64,000 nt of DNA from a virus (taxonomy: Duplodnaviria > Caudoviricetes). The DNA is taken from the IMG/VR virus record IMGVR_UViG_3300014590_000001, positions 128,001 through 192,000 of that record; one strand, 5' to 3'. Of this stretch, positions 19,821 through 28,992 are shown piece by piece. Numbering within the stretch: position 1 is the stretch's first letter; each line of letters starts with the position of its first letter. Below the pieces are notes generated by a model. The model ran no database searches. It was not told the origin of the DNA and saw nothing but the letters and a program-made list of their open reading frames with translations. The position numbers and the translations under genes are program-made.

Positions 19821-20054
19821 TTATTTTCCTCTTCCGTAGCCGCCGATTGCCTCTTGCACAGCAATATGTTTAAGAATGCGATGATGTAGAGCTTCGCGTG
19901 AACTCCCCTCAAAATCGCTAGGGATAACATTTGCAGCAACCATTATTTCTTTGAGTTGTTGCGTGGATAAATGCGCGAACTCTTCAGCAACATTTTCCAT
20001 AGAAGGATTGTTGCGTAACTTGCTACTGATTTGCATTGCCATGTTGTTTCTCAC
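19821..20054 (-). CDS. small HeH/SAP-like protein
   Basis: FAHLSTQQLKEIMVAANV...GSSREALHHRIL. Confidence 0.65.
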   Translation of the reverse strand: MRNNMAMQISSKLRNNPSMENVAEEFAHLSTQQLKEIMVAANVIPSDFEGSSREALHHRILKHIAVQEAIGGYGRGK

Positions 20055-20416
20055 TCTTCGTCAGGTTCGTCTTCAGGTTCAGCGCCTACCATCATATCAA
20101 GTTCTTCTATGGATAAATCAAGAGAACTTTCAACGCGACGAGCAGAAAGACGTACCCAATTTCTCGTCTGACTGATAAGCAACAATGCGTACTGGCCGCA
20201 GTCAACAGGGAAGATTAAATATCCACGTTGCCGCAAATGGAATTCCAATTCTTGAAGAACACTCGGTTCGATATAGCTGTTTCTATATCCAAACAGTCCA
20301 GCTACAACGTTGCCCGTAATAATGATACGAGTTATCGTTTTGTTCTTTTCTTCTGCATATGATTTCATGTTAAGAACAAGCAGGGCAGCGACAGCTTCAG
20401 CAGTACGGAATTTCAT
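20051..20416 (-). CDS. hypothetical protein
   Basis: 121 aa, GGAG RBS. Confidence 0.75.
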   Translation of the reverse strand: MKFRTAEAVAALLVLNMKSYAEEKNKTITRIIITGNVVAGLFGYRNSYIEPSVLQELEFHLRQRGYLIFPVDCGQYALLLISQTRNWVRLSARRVESSLDLSIEELDMMVGAEPEDEPDEE

Positions 20417-20436
20417 AAAATTTTCTCCAGAAAGTT

Positions 20437-20464
20437 AAAAAGGGCAGCACCGAAGTGCCACCCG
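20437..20464 (-). terminator. intrinsic terminator
   Basis: GGGTGGCAC-TTCG-GTGCTGCCC-TTTT. Confidence 0.8.
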
Positions 20465-20471
20465 AATTTAT

Positions 20472-21248
20472 TTACGCTTGCTCAGATTTGAAAGCATGTA
20501 CAGCAACCATCATCGAGTCGATGTTAGAAAATTCTGCATCGGAAACTTTGATTTTGTTTGCGATTGCGAAATCTTGAAGTTGCTCAAGATTCCAACCCTG
20601 CATTGCTTTCGCAGCCTTGCGAACGTTTTCTGGACGACCATCATATTCATGGTCAATGTCACGATCATCAACTACTGTTTGATCTTCGTCTTCGTCTTCG
20701 TCCTCACCCCCAAAACCATGTTCAATCAGTTTTTCCGTTGCAGGACTAATCTGGTAGTCATCACTACCTCTGGTGCGACCGATACGAGCACGGACAACTT
20801 TCGTTTTCGTATCAGGCAGACGAATGAACAGACAGTCAGGAGAATCCCAATCAACGAACACCCACGAACCGTAAACGTCAGCAATATCCAAACCGGATAA
20901 TGTGTCGTTGATCAGATCATGCAATCGCGATACGCGAGTGTTTTTCAAAGTGCGTGACATAATCAAATTGATTTCACGCATACTAACTTTGATGATGTTT
21001 TGATCGGAGCCTTCGAGATTATTCTCTTTGGCTATCCGCCATTTCTCTAAAACCGAAACAACAAAACTATTCAAACGGTCTGCATCTGTAATGCGCGCAG
21101 AAATCACTGCTTCAGAATTCTTTGCGCGAACAGAAGCGGGAGCGCCTTTTGCTTTAGCGAGTTTCTTTGCACCAGCTTTAGTTGCATCCGCGTTCTTTTT
21201 AGCACGACCAGCTTCGATTTGTTTTGCGATCACTTTAGGATTAGGCAT
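20472..21248 (-). CDS. hypothetical protein, paralog of 22358..23179, C-terminal HeH-like motif
   Basis: AAGGA RBS before ATG 21248 (MPNPKV). Confidence 0.8.
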   Translation of the reverse strand: MPNPKVIAKQIEAGRAKKNADATKAGAKKLAKAKGAPASVRAKNSEAVISARITDADRLNSFVVSVLEKWRIAKENNLEGSDQNIIKVSMREINLIMSRTLKNTRVSRLHDLINDTLSGLDIADVYGSWVFVDWDSPDCLFIRLPDTKTKVVRARIGRTRGSDDYQISPATEKLIEHGFGGEDEDEDEDQTVVDDRDIDHEYDGRPENVRKAAKAMQGWNLEQLQDFAIANKIKVSDAEFSNIDSMMVAVHAFKSEQA

Positions 21249-21340
21249 TTTGTAGTTCCTTTGGGATTTACGTTGAAAGCATGTAAGGTGAAAACCCCGT
21301 AAATCCTTACACGCTTGTTGAGGCAAGTGCCTCGGTCTTT

Positions 21341-21399
21341 ATTGTCTCAAAATAACGAGGCGATAGCCACCGATATTTTGGACACTGTTTTGCAGACTT
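21341..21399 (-). promoter_or_regulatory. phage promoter P5 (TGGCTA-17-GACAAT)
   Basis: AAGTCTGCAAAACAGTGTCCAAAAT, 28 nt, GACAAT. Confidence 0.8.
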
Positions 21400-21434
21400 G
21401 CTAGGTCTTGTTATGCGTCTTCTGAAAGGCACAT

Positions 21435-21503
21435 AAAAAGACGGCTTGATTCATCACCTCCGTCCGTGGAGGCATTCGTTGGGGAAATCCAGAATCAAGC
21501 CGT
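21435..21503 (-). terminator. terminator-like 12-bp stem with 39-nt structured loop
   Basis: ACGGCTTGATTC...GAATCAAGCCGT then CTTTTT. Confidence 0.55.
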
Positions 21504-21543
21504 GAGCAAGTTAGCTCTAATAGTTGCACAACCTTTCTAAAAC

Positions 21544-22335
21544 TTATTCCTCGTCTTCTTCTTCACCTTCTTCGACGAGATCTTCAATGATGTTATCGCC
21601 ATCGAATTCGTCAGTGAAAACTTCTTCTTCATCTTCGAAATCGAAATCTTCTTCGTCGTCTGCATCCAGTTCGAGAGACAATGAAGAGTCAACGCGATCT
21701 TTATTTTCCATGTAGGCGATTGCTTCACGCGCCATTGAAGTGAAACACATATCAGGATTCACTTTCAGTTCGTGCAGCATGAATTTGTCTTGCCACTCTG
21801 CGCGATTCTTTTCAACGATTTCGTCAACGTGATCTTCCAGTTCCTCCCCGCCGCGAATTGGCAGTTCGAGGAATTTCATTACGTGGCGCACTTCGCGAAT
21901 CGGAGACTCGCACAACATTTCATAGAGCGATTGACGTTCAATGCTGTCACGCGCTTCAATCAAAAACGCTTGCAGTTTTTCGCTGTTACGTACTGCAACG
22001 CGCTTGACCGCTTTCTTTGTAGGCACAAGTTTATCGTGCAAAGAAATCAGCGGAACTTCGGCGTATGCGTTTCCGATTTCGAGAATCGTACACATATCGA
22101 CAAAACTTTCTGCGTCCTGCATTGGATCGATTTTCACAACGCTGCGCATCACGACTTGCGAATCCAATTCGCTACCATCAGAGTAGATGATAGAAACAGG
22201 TAAGGCGCTTCCGTAGATCTTCGCAATTGCTTGCGACAGCAGAAGGCCAGGAACGTGCGGGGCAATTAACTTTCCGTTCAGCAGGAAAGAATAAGTGATA
22301 CCACAGAAACCGGTTTTACGTTGAATAGTTAACAT
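21544..22335 (-). CDS. hypothetical protein with acidic tail
   Basis: 263 aa. Confidence 0.75.
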   Translation of the reverse strand: MLTIQRKTGFCGITYSFLLNGKLIAPHVPGLLLSQAIAKIYGSALPVSIIYSDGSELDSQVVMRSVVKIDPMQDAESFVDMCTILEIGNAYAEVPLISLHDKLVPTKKAVKRVAVRNSEKLQAFLIEARDSIERQSLYEMLCESPIREVRHVMKFLELPIRGGEELEDHVDEIVEKNRAEWQDKFMLHELKVNPDMCFTSMAREAIAYMENKDRVDSSLSLELDADDEEDFDFEDEEEVFTDEFDGDNIIEDLVEEGEEEDEE

Positions 22336-22357
22336 AGCAAGATACCTACCTTTAAGT

Positions 22358-23179
22358 TTATTTTGATTGAGCGATCAGGAATTCTAACAGAGCAGCATCT
22401 GGATTGTTTCTAGCTTTAAGCGTTATGCCCATATTGTCAGCAGCATCGCGAACGCTTTCAAAATCCAGCAAATCCAAAAGTTCATTAACTGCTTGTTGCG
22501 TAGTTCCTTCTAGCTCGCCAATATTCAGAGTTGTTGCGAGTTCGTTCAACACTTCAAGATCTTGAGAGAGTAAAACGAACTTCAATTGTTGGTAAGTCCC
22601 CGAAGTTTGTCGCCGTTCTTCAGGAGTAAGGCTATCAACTTCAGCAATACGTTTGCGTGTATTGCGAAGTGAGTCAGGAGCTTTCTGTACATCAGCAGGA
22701 GAAAATTCTTCCTGCAACTTATTTTCAGTTTTAACAGGATTGGCTTTAGGTTTTGCCTCTTTAACTGGTTTCTCTTTCTTCGGCTTTTCTTCCGGTTCAG
22801 CGAAATCAGTTTCACCCAATTCAACCAACTTGCCTGTATAACCATTTTTAGAATAGACAATACCAACTACGCTTGTTGCAGAATGCGGCAATTCAATCAA
22901 AGTAAAATCAGGTGCATCATGTTTCACCAGCGCCCAATCTCCGTGAATAGCGCGGAAATTAAAATCGCCAATAACTTTTTCTACCAGTTGCGGAAGTTTA
23001 CGACGAGGCGTGTTTTCCAAAACTTTGTGAAGATCCGCAACAGAAAACTTAATGTAGTTGTCGTTAAACAACTCGCCCTTTTCGTACAGTCCACGGCGAA
23101 CAGCTTCGTTAGCTTCGAAGATACTTACCAGTGCCGCACGTACACCATCAAAATCACTCTGACTTGTTACAGCAGACAT
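22358..23179 (-). CDS. hypothetical protein, paralog of 20472..21248, HeH-like repeats
   Basis: 273 aa, GAGG RBS. Confidence 0.8.
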   Translation of the reverse strand: MSAVTSQSDFDGVRAALVSIFEANEAVRRGLYEKGELFNDNYIKFSVADLHKVLENTPRRKLPQLVEKVIGDFNFRAIHGDWALVKHDAPDFTLIELPHSATSVVGIVYSKNGYTGKLVELGETDFAEPEEKPKKEKPVKEAKPKANPVKTENKLQEEFSPADVQKAPDSLRNTRKRIAEVDSLTPEERRQTSGTYQQLKFVLLSQDLEVLNELATTLNIGELEGTTQQAVNELLDLLDFESVRDAADNMGITLKARNNPDAALLEFLIAQSK

Positions 23180-23189
23180 TTCATTTACC

Positions 23190-23597
23190 TCAACTTAAAA
23201 TTTGTTGCAGCGACAGCACCGGAATTTCCGGAATGAAGATAAAGATTTTTTGCTCAGGAATATCGGATTTGAGTACCGCATGTTTTTTCATGTACTCAGT
23301 TCCATCCGCTACCATCCAACCGCCGAACCAGTTCGCGAATTCAGGCGAGGCTAACACGCGATTAATGCAGTTGGTTGTTTCCGCTTCATCCCATTGATGA
23401 TCCACCATCGCGCCATCACCGAAAACAATGCGAACATCGTTTGCATTAGCGTAGAAGTCGATCATCGGAACGTGAAACGCGATAGCGCCATTGCGTTGCA
23501 TATGTTGATCGACTTGCGAGAAAACTTCTTCGACTTTGCGAGCAGCCGCATATAACGCCAACTTGCCAGTAAACTTATCCAAGTCTAAAACTTTCAT
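23190..23597 (-). CDS. hypothetical protein
   Basis: 135 aa, coupled to upstream ORF. Confidence 0.7.
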   Translation of the reverse strand: MKVLDLDKFTGKLALYAAARKVEEVFSQVDQHMQRNGAIAFHVPMIDFYANANDVRIVFGDGAMVDHQWDEAETTNCINRVLASPEFANWFGGWMVADGTEYMKKHAVLKSDIPEQKIFIFIPEIPVLSLQQILS

Positions 23598-23770
23598 TGT
23601 GCAGTTACCTTGTATCGAACGACGGTGCGGGTGGATGTTTCTACGTGCGCCTTTGTGAAGTGAATGCCGCGCATACGTGCAGCAAATTCAAAGTCACCTA
23701 AATCAATTCCAGTAGGAAAAACGATCTTGCCCTTACGCTGTAACTCTGCAAGTTTTTCCGAAATGCTCAT
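23594..23770 (-). CDS. small hypothetical protein (58 aa, below ORF-track cutoff)
   Basis: MSISEKLAELQRKG...; ATGA overlaps at both ends. Confidence 0.65.
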   Translation of the reverse strand: MSISEKLAELQRKGKIVFPTGIDLGDFEFAARMRGIHFTKAHVETSTRTVVRYKVTAQ

Positions 23771-24372
23771 GCGTATGCCTTTTTAAACTTTGGTGTAGCG
23801 AAAGACCATAATGCTTTGCGTACATAATAAAGGAGAGAATGCTGAACACTGAAAACGTCTACAGTGAACGTTTCAGTTTTCATACCATAACGAACGTCAG
23901 CCCATACGATTGCGCTCACGATATCTTCGAGCATCCACTCAGTAGTGAACGATGGATGAATTGAACGCTCTAAGAAAATGCGACCTGCTTTTGAAATGCC
24001 GGACAGAATATTTTCGCCGTCGTGTGTTAAGCGAACTCCATCAGCGAAATCAAAACCGCCTGGGACAAAAAACGGAATCCATTTTCCGGTCAACGAAATC
24101 TTGAACGGTGAAATAATGGATTTCAAAAACGAGTGAGATTTTTTCAGATACTCACGAACGAAATGCAAACGCATATTTGCATTGTCGATATTTTCGTAAC
24201 CTTCAATTTCAACCGGAACTTTAATCATCGTCCACTTGTGTTTGTACAAGTCGAGATTGTGTTTGTAGCTGGACAGACGCAAATCGAATGAATGCCCGAT
24301 TGCACGATCCAGTACAGCGTCTTGCAGTTCAATCAGGTTGTTTAAGTCGGCTACGGTTTTGAGAGCGAACAT
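23767..24372 (-). CDS. hypothetical protein
   Basis: 201 aa, AAGGAG RBS, first gene after P6. Confidence 0.75.
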   Translation of the reverse strand: MFALKTVADLNNLIELQDAVLDRAIGHSFDLRLSSYKHNLDLYKHKWTMIKVPVEIEGYENIDNANMRLHFVREYLKKSHSFLKSIISPFKISLTGKWIPFFVPGGFDFADGVRLTHDGENILSGISKAGRIFLERSIHPSFTTEWMLEDIVSAIVWADVRYGMKTETFTVDVFSVQHSLLYYVRKALWSFATPKFKKAYA

Positions 24373-24426
24373 ATAGAACTCCTTTGCAGTCTATATAAAA
24401 GTTTAGGTTAGGTACGGCTTACCCTT

Positions 24427-24485
24427 AGTTTACAGAATAAGCCGTTTTGTTGCCAGCGGTATTTTGGACACTTATTTGTCGAGAT
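24427..24485 (-). promoter_or_regulatory. phage promoter P6 (variant box, TGGCAA-17-TAAACT)
   Basis: ATCTCGACAAATAAGTGTCCAAAAT overlapping upstream stop, 28 nt, TAAACT. Confidence 0.7.
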
Positions 24486-25092
24486 CTACGATAGTGACCC
24501 GCTTCATTCCTTCGGGCGCGATAACCTTGCCATCGTTTGTAGTCACTGAATATTGCTCGATATGAACGCCCTTATTAAGTTGCGTCTTCAGAGCTTCAAG
24601 GAACATCGCTTTACGCGCCTGAAGTTTCGCGAGCCGTTCTTCAGCACCATCCCATTTCGCTTTGCCGAGTTGGTGAATACCGCGCTCAATGTTTTCCATG
24701 TGACGCGTGAACAGATGATATTCAATGTAACGATCAGCAGCGATGATTTCATCCACTGTTTCGTTTTGATAATACGCATTCAGGAAATTCAACATGCCGT
24801 CAGCGCTATCATCCATTTGACCGTAAGAGGCATTCGGGAATTGATTACGTCCTTCCAATCCGTTCCAGTTGAAAAGGAATCCGTCATACTTCAGTTCTTT
24901 ATTTTCTGACGTATCCCAATGGCAAGGAACTTTTTCATGATGCACACAAGTTGCTTCAATAAAAGTTACATCCAGAATTTCTGCGTCGAGATCGGTTGTT
25001 GGAAACGCGTGTGCCTTTTCAATCGGATTGCCGTTGTTATATTTGTGCTGGAAAGCGAAGAAGACGTATTTTTTATTCAGTTCGAAGCGCAT
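24472..25092 (-). CDS. hypothetical protein
   Basis: 206 aa. Confidence 0.75.
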   Translation of the reverse strand: MRFELNKKYVFFAFQHKYNNGNPIEKAHAFPTTDLDAEILDVTFIEATCVHHEKVPCHWDTSENKELKYDGFLFNWNGLEGRNQFPNASYGQMDDSADGMLNFLNAYYQNETVDEIIAADRYIEYHLFTRHMENIERGIHQLGKAKWDGAEERLAKLQARKAMFLEALKTQLNKGVHIEQYSVTTNDGKVIAPEGMKRVTIVDLDK

Positions 25093-25115
25093 GATTATTT
25101 TCCGTATCAGAGAAT

Positions 25116-25517
25116 TTATTTAGACCATTTGAAATCGACGAGAGCATTGCGGATAATCTTGCTGCGCAATTCCGCTTGCGCTTTTCGGCAATACGCTTTC
25201 CAAAGTTTGTCTTTTACTTTGGAGTAATCCGACGGGCCATCGTTAGATGAAACCATGTTGTCTTTCGCCAAATAAACCAGATTGGCAAGCAGACGTTTAA
25301 TGGAGCGGTCTAATGTGGCTTTGATTTTCAAATTGCCTTTGTCGCTAACGCGAACAACCACACGCAACAACTTTTCTTTCTCAATAGGCAGCGAGAAGGT
25401 GTACGGCGTAGAATCTACTTTCACCATCACCCTAGTTTCAATGTCAGCCTGACTAAGATTCAACAGGCTAGTGAGAGTGCGTTGCAGAAGAACATCATAA
25501 ATTGATTTCTTACTCAT
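25116..25517 (-). CDS. hypothetical basic protein
   Basis: 133 aa. Confidence 0.7.
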   Translation of the reverse strand: MSKKSIYDVLLQRTLTSLLNLSQADIETRVMVKVDSTPYTFSLPIEKEKLLRVVVRVSDKGNLKIKATLDRSIKRLLANLVYLAKDNMVSSNDGPSDYSKVKDKLWKAYCRKAQAELRSKIIRNALVDFKWSK

Positions 25518-25523
25518 GATCGC

Positions 25524-25730
25524 TTATACCTTTGTTACTTTAGGATTGATGTTGAAATGCTTCTGAACATACAGAGCACCTTTACCTGCGGCGACGTTAA
25601 ATTCCATTGTCTGCCCTTCGTCTTCGAAAGGATGAATACCGAGCGGCAGTTCGGTTGTGACAATCACTTTATCACAACCATTGCCTGTCAAAACTTCAAC
25701 GCGTTTCACACGCAGATTGATTGTTTCCAT
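25524..25730 (-). CDS. hypothetical protein
   Basis: GGAGG RBS before ATG 25730. Confidence 0.7.
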   Translation of the reverse strand: METINLRVKRVEVLTGNGCDKVIVTTELPLGIHPFEDEGQTMEFNVAAGKGALYVQKHFNINPKVTKV

Positions 25731-25731
25731 T

Positions 25732-26184
25732 TTACACCTCCACGCTTGCAATGCCGATGAAGAAATCTTCGTAAGGCAGAATTAAAAAGTTAACGACACT
25801 CAGAAGTTTTGTGTCGGGCAATCTGAACGACTGTACAAAACAATCTTCAGGATTCGTTTGCGTATAACGCACAAACAATTCGTTCAGCAGGAATTTGTAA
25901 TCGTCGTCAGCAGGTGAAAACTTCTCACCATCGTAACCGAGCATTTCCAGCAGCACGGAAGTTTGTACACGATGACCGCCTTTCGAAATCACATACACAA
26001 ATGAGATCGGAAGAATTGATTTATTGGTGCCGTGTGACTCGTTGTAGCGCTGAACCGCCTCACTCTCTACTTGCTTAAAGAATGGTTCAGTGCTTTGCCA
26101 AAGTCTATTCTGAAACAAAACCGGACGAGTGCGAAATTCTACACCACTCAATACAAGCAATCCACTTTTCGGATCGAAGTTCAT
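25732..26184 (-). CDS. hypothetical protein
   Basis: 150 aa. Confidence 0.7.
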   Translation of the reverse strand: MNFDPKSGLLVLSGVEFRTRPVLFQNRLWQSTEPFFKQVESEAVQRYNESHGTNKSILPISFVYVISKGGHRVQTSVLLEMLGYDGEKFSPADDDYKFLLNELFVRYTQTNPEDCFVQSFRLPDTKLLSVVNFLILPYEDFFIGIASVEV

Positions 26185-26708
26185 TTTATGTCCTTAGCCA
26201 TATCAGGCCAATGGGATTTATTTATGCGAGCGCGAATTGTGCGAAAGAAGTTTCCTTCAATGTAACCGCTAAACGGTTCGGCTCGTAACTCGTTTCTTAC
26301 GTGATACGATTCAATGGCAAGCATCACTTTCTCAGGATTCACCATGTCCTTCGCCGCCGCATAAATGATTTCACGAGAATTGATTTCCAGTTCAAACGTG
26401 ATTCTGCTATTGCGCACACCGATCACGAAAGGATCAATGCTTTGCGAAATAACCGGAACAACTAAAACCAATTCCCCTTTCCGATAACGAGCAGCGGAAG
26501 TAACAATCTTTTGTGCGTAAGGTTCCAGTGAGCGAAAGTACGCATTAAGAACATCAGCATCTTTAAAGTGTTTAGGAACCGGAAGACGAAACACGCGATA
26601 GTTTAGCTCGTAGTGGAGCAGCGAACCGCGCTGAATGTCGTTGTTCAGAATGTTGTTCTGAATTTCAGCAAGAGTCATTACGTCAGAGATAGCGGCGATT
26701 GGGAACAT
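26181..26708 (-). CDS. hypothetical protein
   Basis: 175 aa. Confidence 0.7.
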   Translation of the reverse strand: MFPIAAISDVMTLAEIQNNILNNDIQRGSLLHYELNYRVFRLPVPKHFKDADVLNAYFRSLEPYAQKIVTSAARYRKGELVLVVPVISQSIDPFVIGVRNSRITFELEINSREIIYAAAKDMVNPEKVMLAIESYHVRNELRAEPFSGYIEGNFFRTIRARINKSHWPDMAKDIK

Positions 26709-26719
26709 TAGTTTCTGTC

Positions 26720-27418
26720 CTAGTAGCGTTTAATTGAATTTATGTAATCCAACATTTCAAGTTTATGTTGAATCACGTAACGTTCGAACATTCTCTTTGC
26801 CTGTTCGGTACAGAATACCAGAGAGCGGAGAAAGTCGATTCGGTCATACACGAAATTGATAAGACGATGATCGTCAAATGCGTACTGCGGGAAAACTGAA
26901 ACGAGTTCACCGCGCAGACCTTCAACAATCGTTACAGCACGGCCAGGCATAACGCCCCACAAAATATCCGCATCACGTAAAACTTTTTCGTACACGGTTT
27001 GCGGCACACGGTCTTCAGTGTATGGGAATTGCGTAATCAGAATCAGCTTTTCAATTTCTTTTTCCAGACGTTTAAAATCGGGATTAGAATCGGATTGCCA
27101 AATCCAGTCATGCAGAGCAGAGATCGCGTTTTGAATATTAACATCATCGCTGAATTCCCCTAACGTGTGATCCATATCGTGAATCAACGCAGCAGCCAGC
27201 AAGGAGAAAATTTCGTCATGACTCTCTTTTGCAGATTCCGGAAGAAGATCCAAACACAACAACGCCACCCCATCCATGTGCATTGTTGTGTGGTAAAGCA
27301 TAGTTGTATTCTTCACTGAATTGTTTTGCGCGATCCACTCACGATATTGTGTTAGACCATACTGATTGCAAATTTCATTCAGACGAGAATCAAACTCAAC
27401 GCTAGTGAGCAGTGCCAT
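26720..27418 (-). CDS. HD-domain metal-dependent phosphohydrolase
   Basis: YHTTMH, LLAAALIHDMDH, LRDAD motifs; AAGGA RBS. Confidence 0.8.
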   Translation of the reverse strand: MALLTSVEFDSRLNEICNQYGLTQYREWIAQNNSVKNTTMLYHTTMHMDGVALLCLDLLPESAKESHDEIFSLLAAALIHDMDHTLGEFSDDVNIQNAISALHDWIWQSDSNPDFKRLEKEIEKLILITQFPYTEDRVPQTVYEKVLRDADILWGVMPGRAVTIVEGLRGELVSVFPQYAFDDHRLINFVYDRIDFLRSLVFCTEQAKRMFERYVIQHKLEMLDYINSIKRY

Positions 27419-27429
27419 AATTTTTTTCC

Positions 27430-27951
27430 TTACGCAGCGGCAGGAAAAAAGGATCGCCATACTGTTAAGATAGACGTACCGTTTTTCCTGCGAGTACGAA
27501 CAATGAGAGGAATGCCGGTGTAGAAACCGTGTATCATTGCAACACGTATTTCTTCTAAAGAAATTCGCGGTGAGCGATCTTGATAACCGAAGTATAACTC
27601 GTCCGGCGAGCTAACATGCTCAGGCACACGCTCTACAAAAGTAGAAAGCATTGCAGCGAATTTTTCTTCTATCTCCACTCTACCATTTTCATGAGCGAAG
27701 ATTTCTTCGCGAGCAGTTTCAGTGTGTGCAACCGGAACGATCAACGGGATTGCTTTTTCTGGACGCTTATTAGCGTACTCTTCATACAGCGGAGTGACAA
27801 ACGGATAGTTGCGAGAAACGCATTCGCAAAATTCGTATATCATCGACTCTGGAGCGCTTGGAACAATAAGCGTGAGTAAAGCAAATTCCTGCGAAGGAGC
27901 GAAAGGCTTTAACAGTTCGGTCTGGAAATCAAGTAAAGCGTTTACGTTCAT
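27430..27951 (-). CDS. hypothetical protein
   Basis: 173 aa, GAGG RBS. Confidence 0.7.
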   Translation of the reverse strand: MNVNALLDFQTELLKPFAPSQEFALLTLIVPSAPESMIYEFCECVSRNYPFVTPLYEEYANKRPEKAIPLIVPVAHTETAREEIFAHENGRVEIEEKFAAMLSTFVERVPEHVSSPDELYFGYQDRSPRISLEEIRVAMIHGFYTGIPLIVRTRRKNGTSILTVWRSFFPAAA

Positions 27952-27961
27952 AGTGTATACC

Positions 27962-28255
27962 TCAGTAATGTTTTAGGCCGCGTACAACTTCTCCCGCGAG
28001 ATTGATTAAGCGAACAATATGCAATGCGTCTTTTTCATAACGCGGTTTATATGCAACACTGTATTCGATGACTTCTTGAATTAATTTCAGTGCAACATTT
28101 TTGCGCCTGTTCATTAACTCCCGATAAGCAGCGCAACTTTTATCGGTGAGGACAGAGACAATATCATTTGGGCGCTTTGCGCGTTCAAGTTCGAGCTTGA
28201 AAGCAATGAAGTCGAGAGCCAGTTTACGAGCTTTCTCTTGAGTTCTAATGGTCAT
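27962..28255 (-). CDS. hypothetical protein
   Basis: 97 aa, first gene after P7. Confidence 0.7.
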   Translation of the reverse strand: MTIRTQEKARKLALDFIAFKLELERAKRPNDIVSVLTDKSCAAYRELMNRRKNVALKLIQEVIEYSVAYKPRYEKDALHIVRLINLAGEVVRGLKHY

Positions 28256-28299
28256 GGTCGATTACCTGTGCAAATGAGTGTATGTGTTTCCCTTCGCCT

Positions 28300-28358
28300 A
28301 GTTTACCTAAGCGAAACGGCAAATGCCATCACTATTTTGGACACCAATTTGCAGAGTT
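28300..28358 (-). promoter_or_regulatory. phage promoter P7 (TGGCAT-17-TAAACT)
   Basis: AACTCTGCAAATTGGTGTCCAAAAT, 28 nt, TAAACT. Confidence 0.8.
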
Positions 28359-28376
28359 TAACAGTTCATGGAAGCC

Positions 28377-28411
28377 AAAAAGGGAACCTGAAGTGTCCGA
28401 CAGGTTCCCTT
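28377..28411 (-). terminator. intrinsic terminator
   Basis: AAGGGAACCTG...CAGGTTCCCTTTTT. Confidence 0.8.
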
Positions 28412-28416
28412 GAGTT

Positions 28417-28992
28417 TTAAACTACGCGATGGTACTGCTTCATAACTTTAGCGTAATACTGCGGAGATCTAACGCCGCGCTTATAAGCATACTTGCCCAC
28501 GTTGTAAGAATGCACGATGCACCTAACATTGTTTCGACAAGTCTTCTTTAAGTCGGCAAGAATTTCCGCTGCCTTATCCACATTCTTTCGATAGTTCATC
28601 ATATCGCTTTTGGTTGTCGCATGATATCGAGGAATAACCTGACACATACCAACAGCACCACGATTGACGACACGTTTTCGTAAATGAGATTCGGATACAC
28701 ATACCGAAACCAGAAGTTTTGCATCTATGCCGTGTTTTTTAGCGGCGCTATCAAACACGAAACCAAGATCATCAGGTTGTGGTAGATGTGCGTACAACTT
28801 CTGCAAACGCACCGTAGCTTTTTTCTGCGGTTTTGCTTGCGTGAGTTTTACTCCCGTATTGCTTTGCTGTGATGAAACTGAAGCGTTCGCTTTGAGCGAA
28901 AATGAGATTGCTACAGCAAGGATCAGTCCCATGCAAATTTTTGCAAGGGAACCTCTTTTGATCACCTCGATGGTTTGAAGGTTGGAATTCAT
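28417..28992 (-). CDS. SLT-family lytic transglycosylase with signal peptide
   Basis: catalytic SES, GAVGMCQV, SYNVG motifs; hydrophobic N-terminus ending ANA. Confidence 0.85.
   Translation of the reverse strand: MNSNLQTIEVIKRGSLAKICMGLILAVAISFSLKANASVSSQQSNTGVKLTQAKPQKKATVRLQKLYAHLPQPDDLGFVFDSAAKKHGIDAKLLVSVCVSESHLRKRVVNRGAVGMCQVIPRYHATTKSDMMNYRKNVDKAAEILADLKKTCRNNVRCIVHSYNVGKYAYKRGVRSPQYYAKVMKQYHRVV

Noticed and set aside
21505-21543. GTTTTAGA...TTAGAGCTA resembling a Cas9 repeat or tracrRNA start
   Set aside because: Short interrupted match, single copy, no cas genes; compatible with chance
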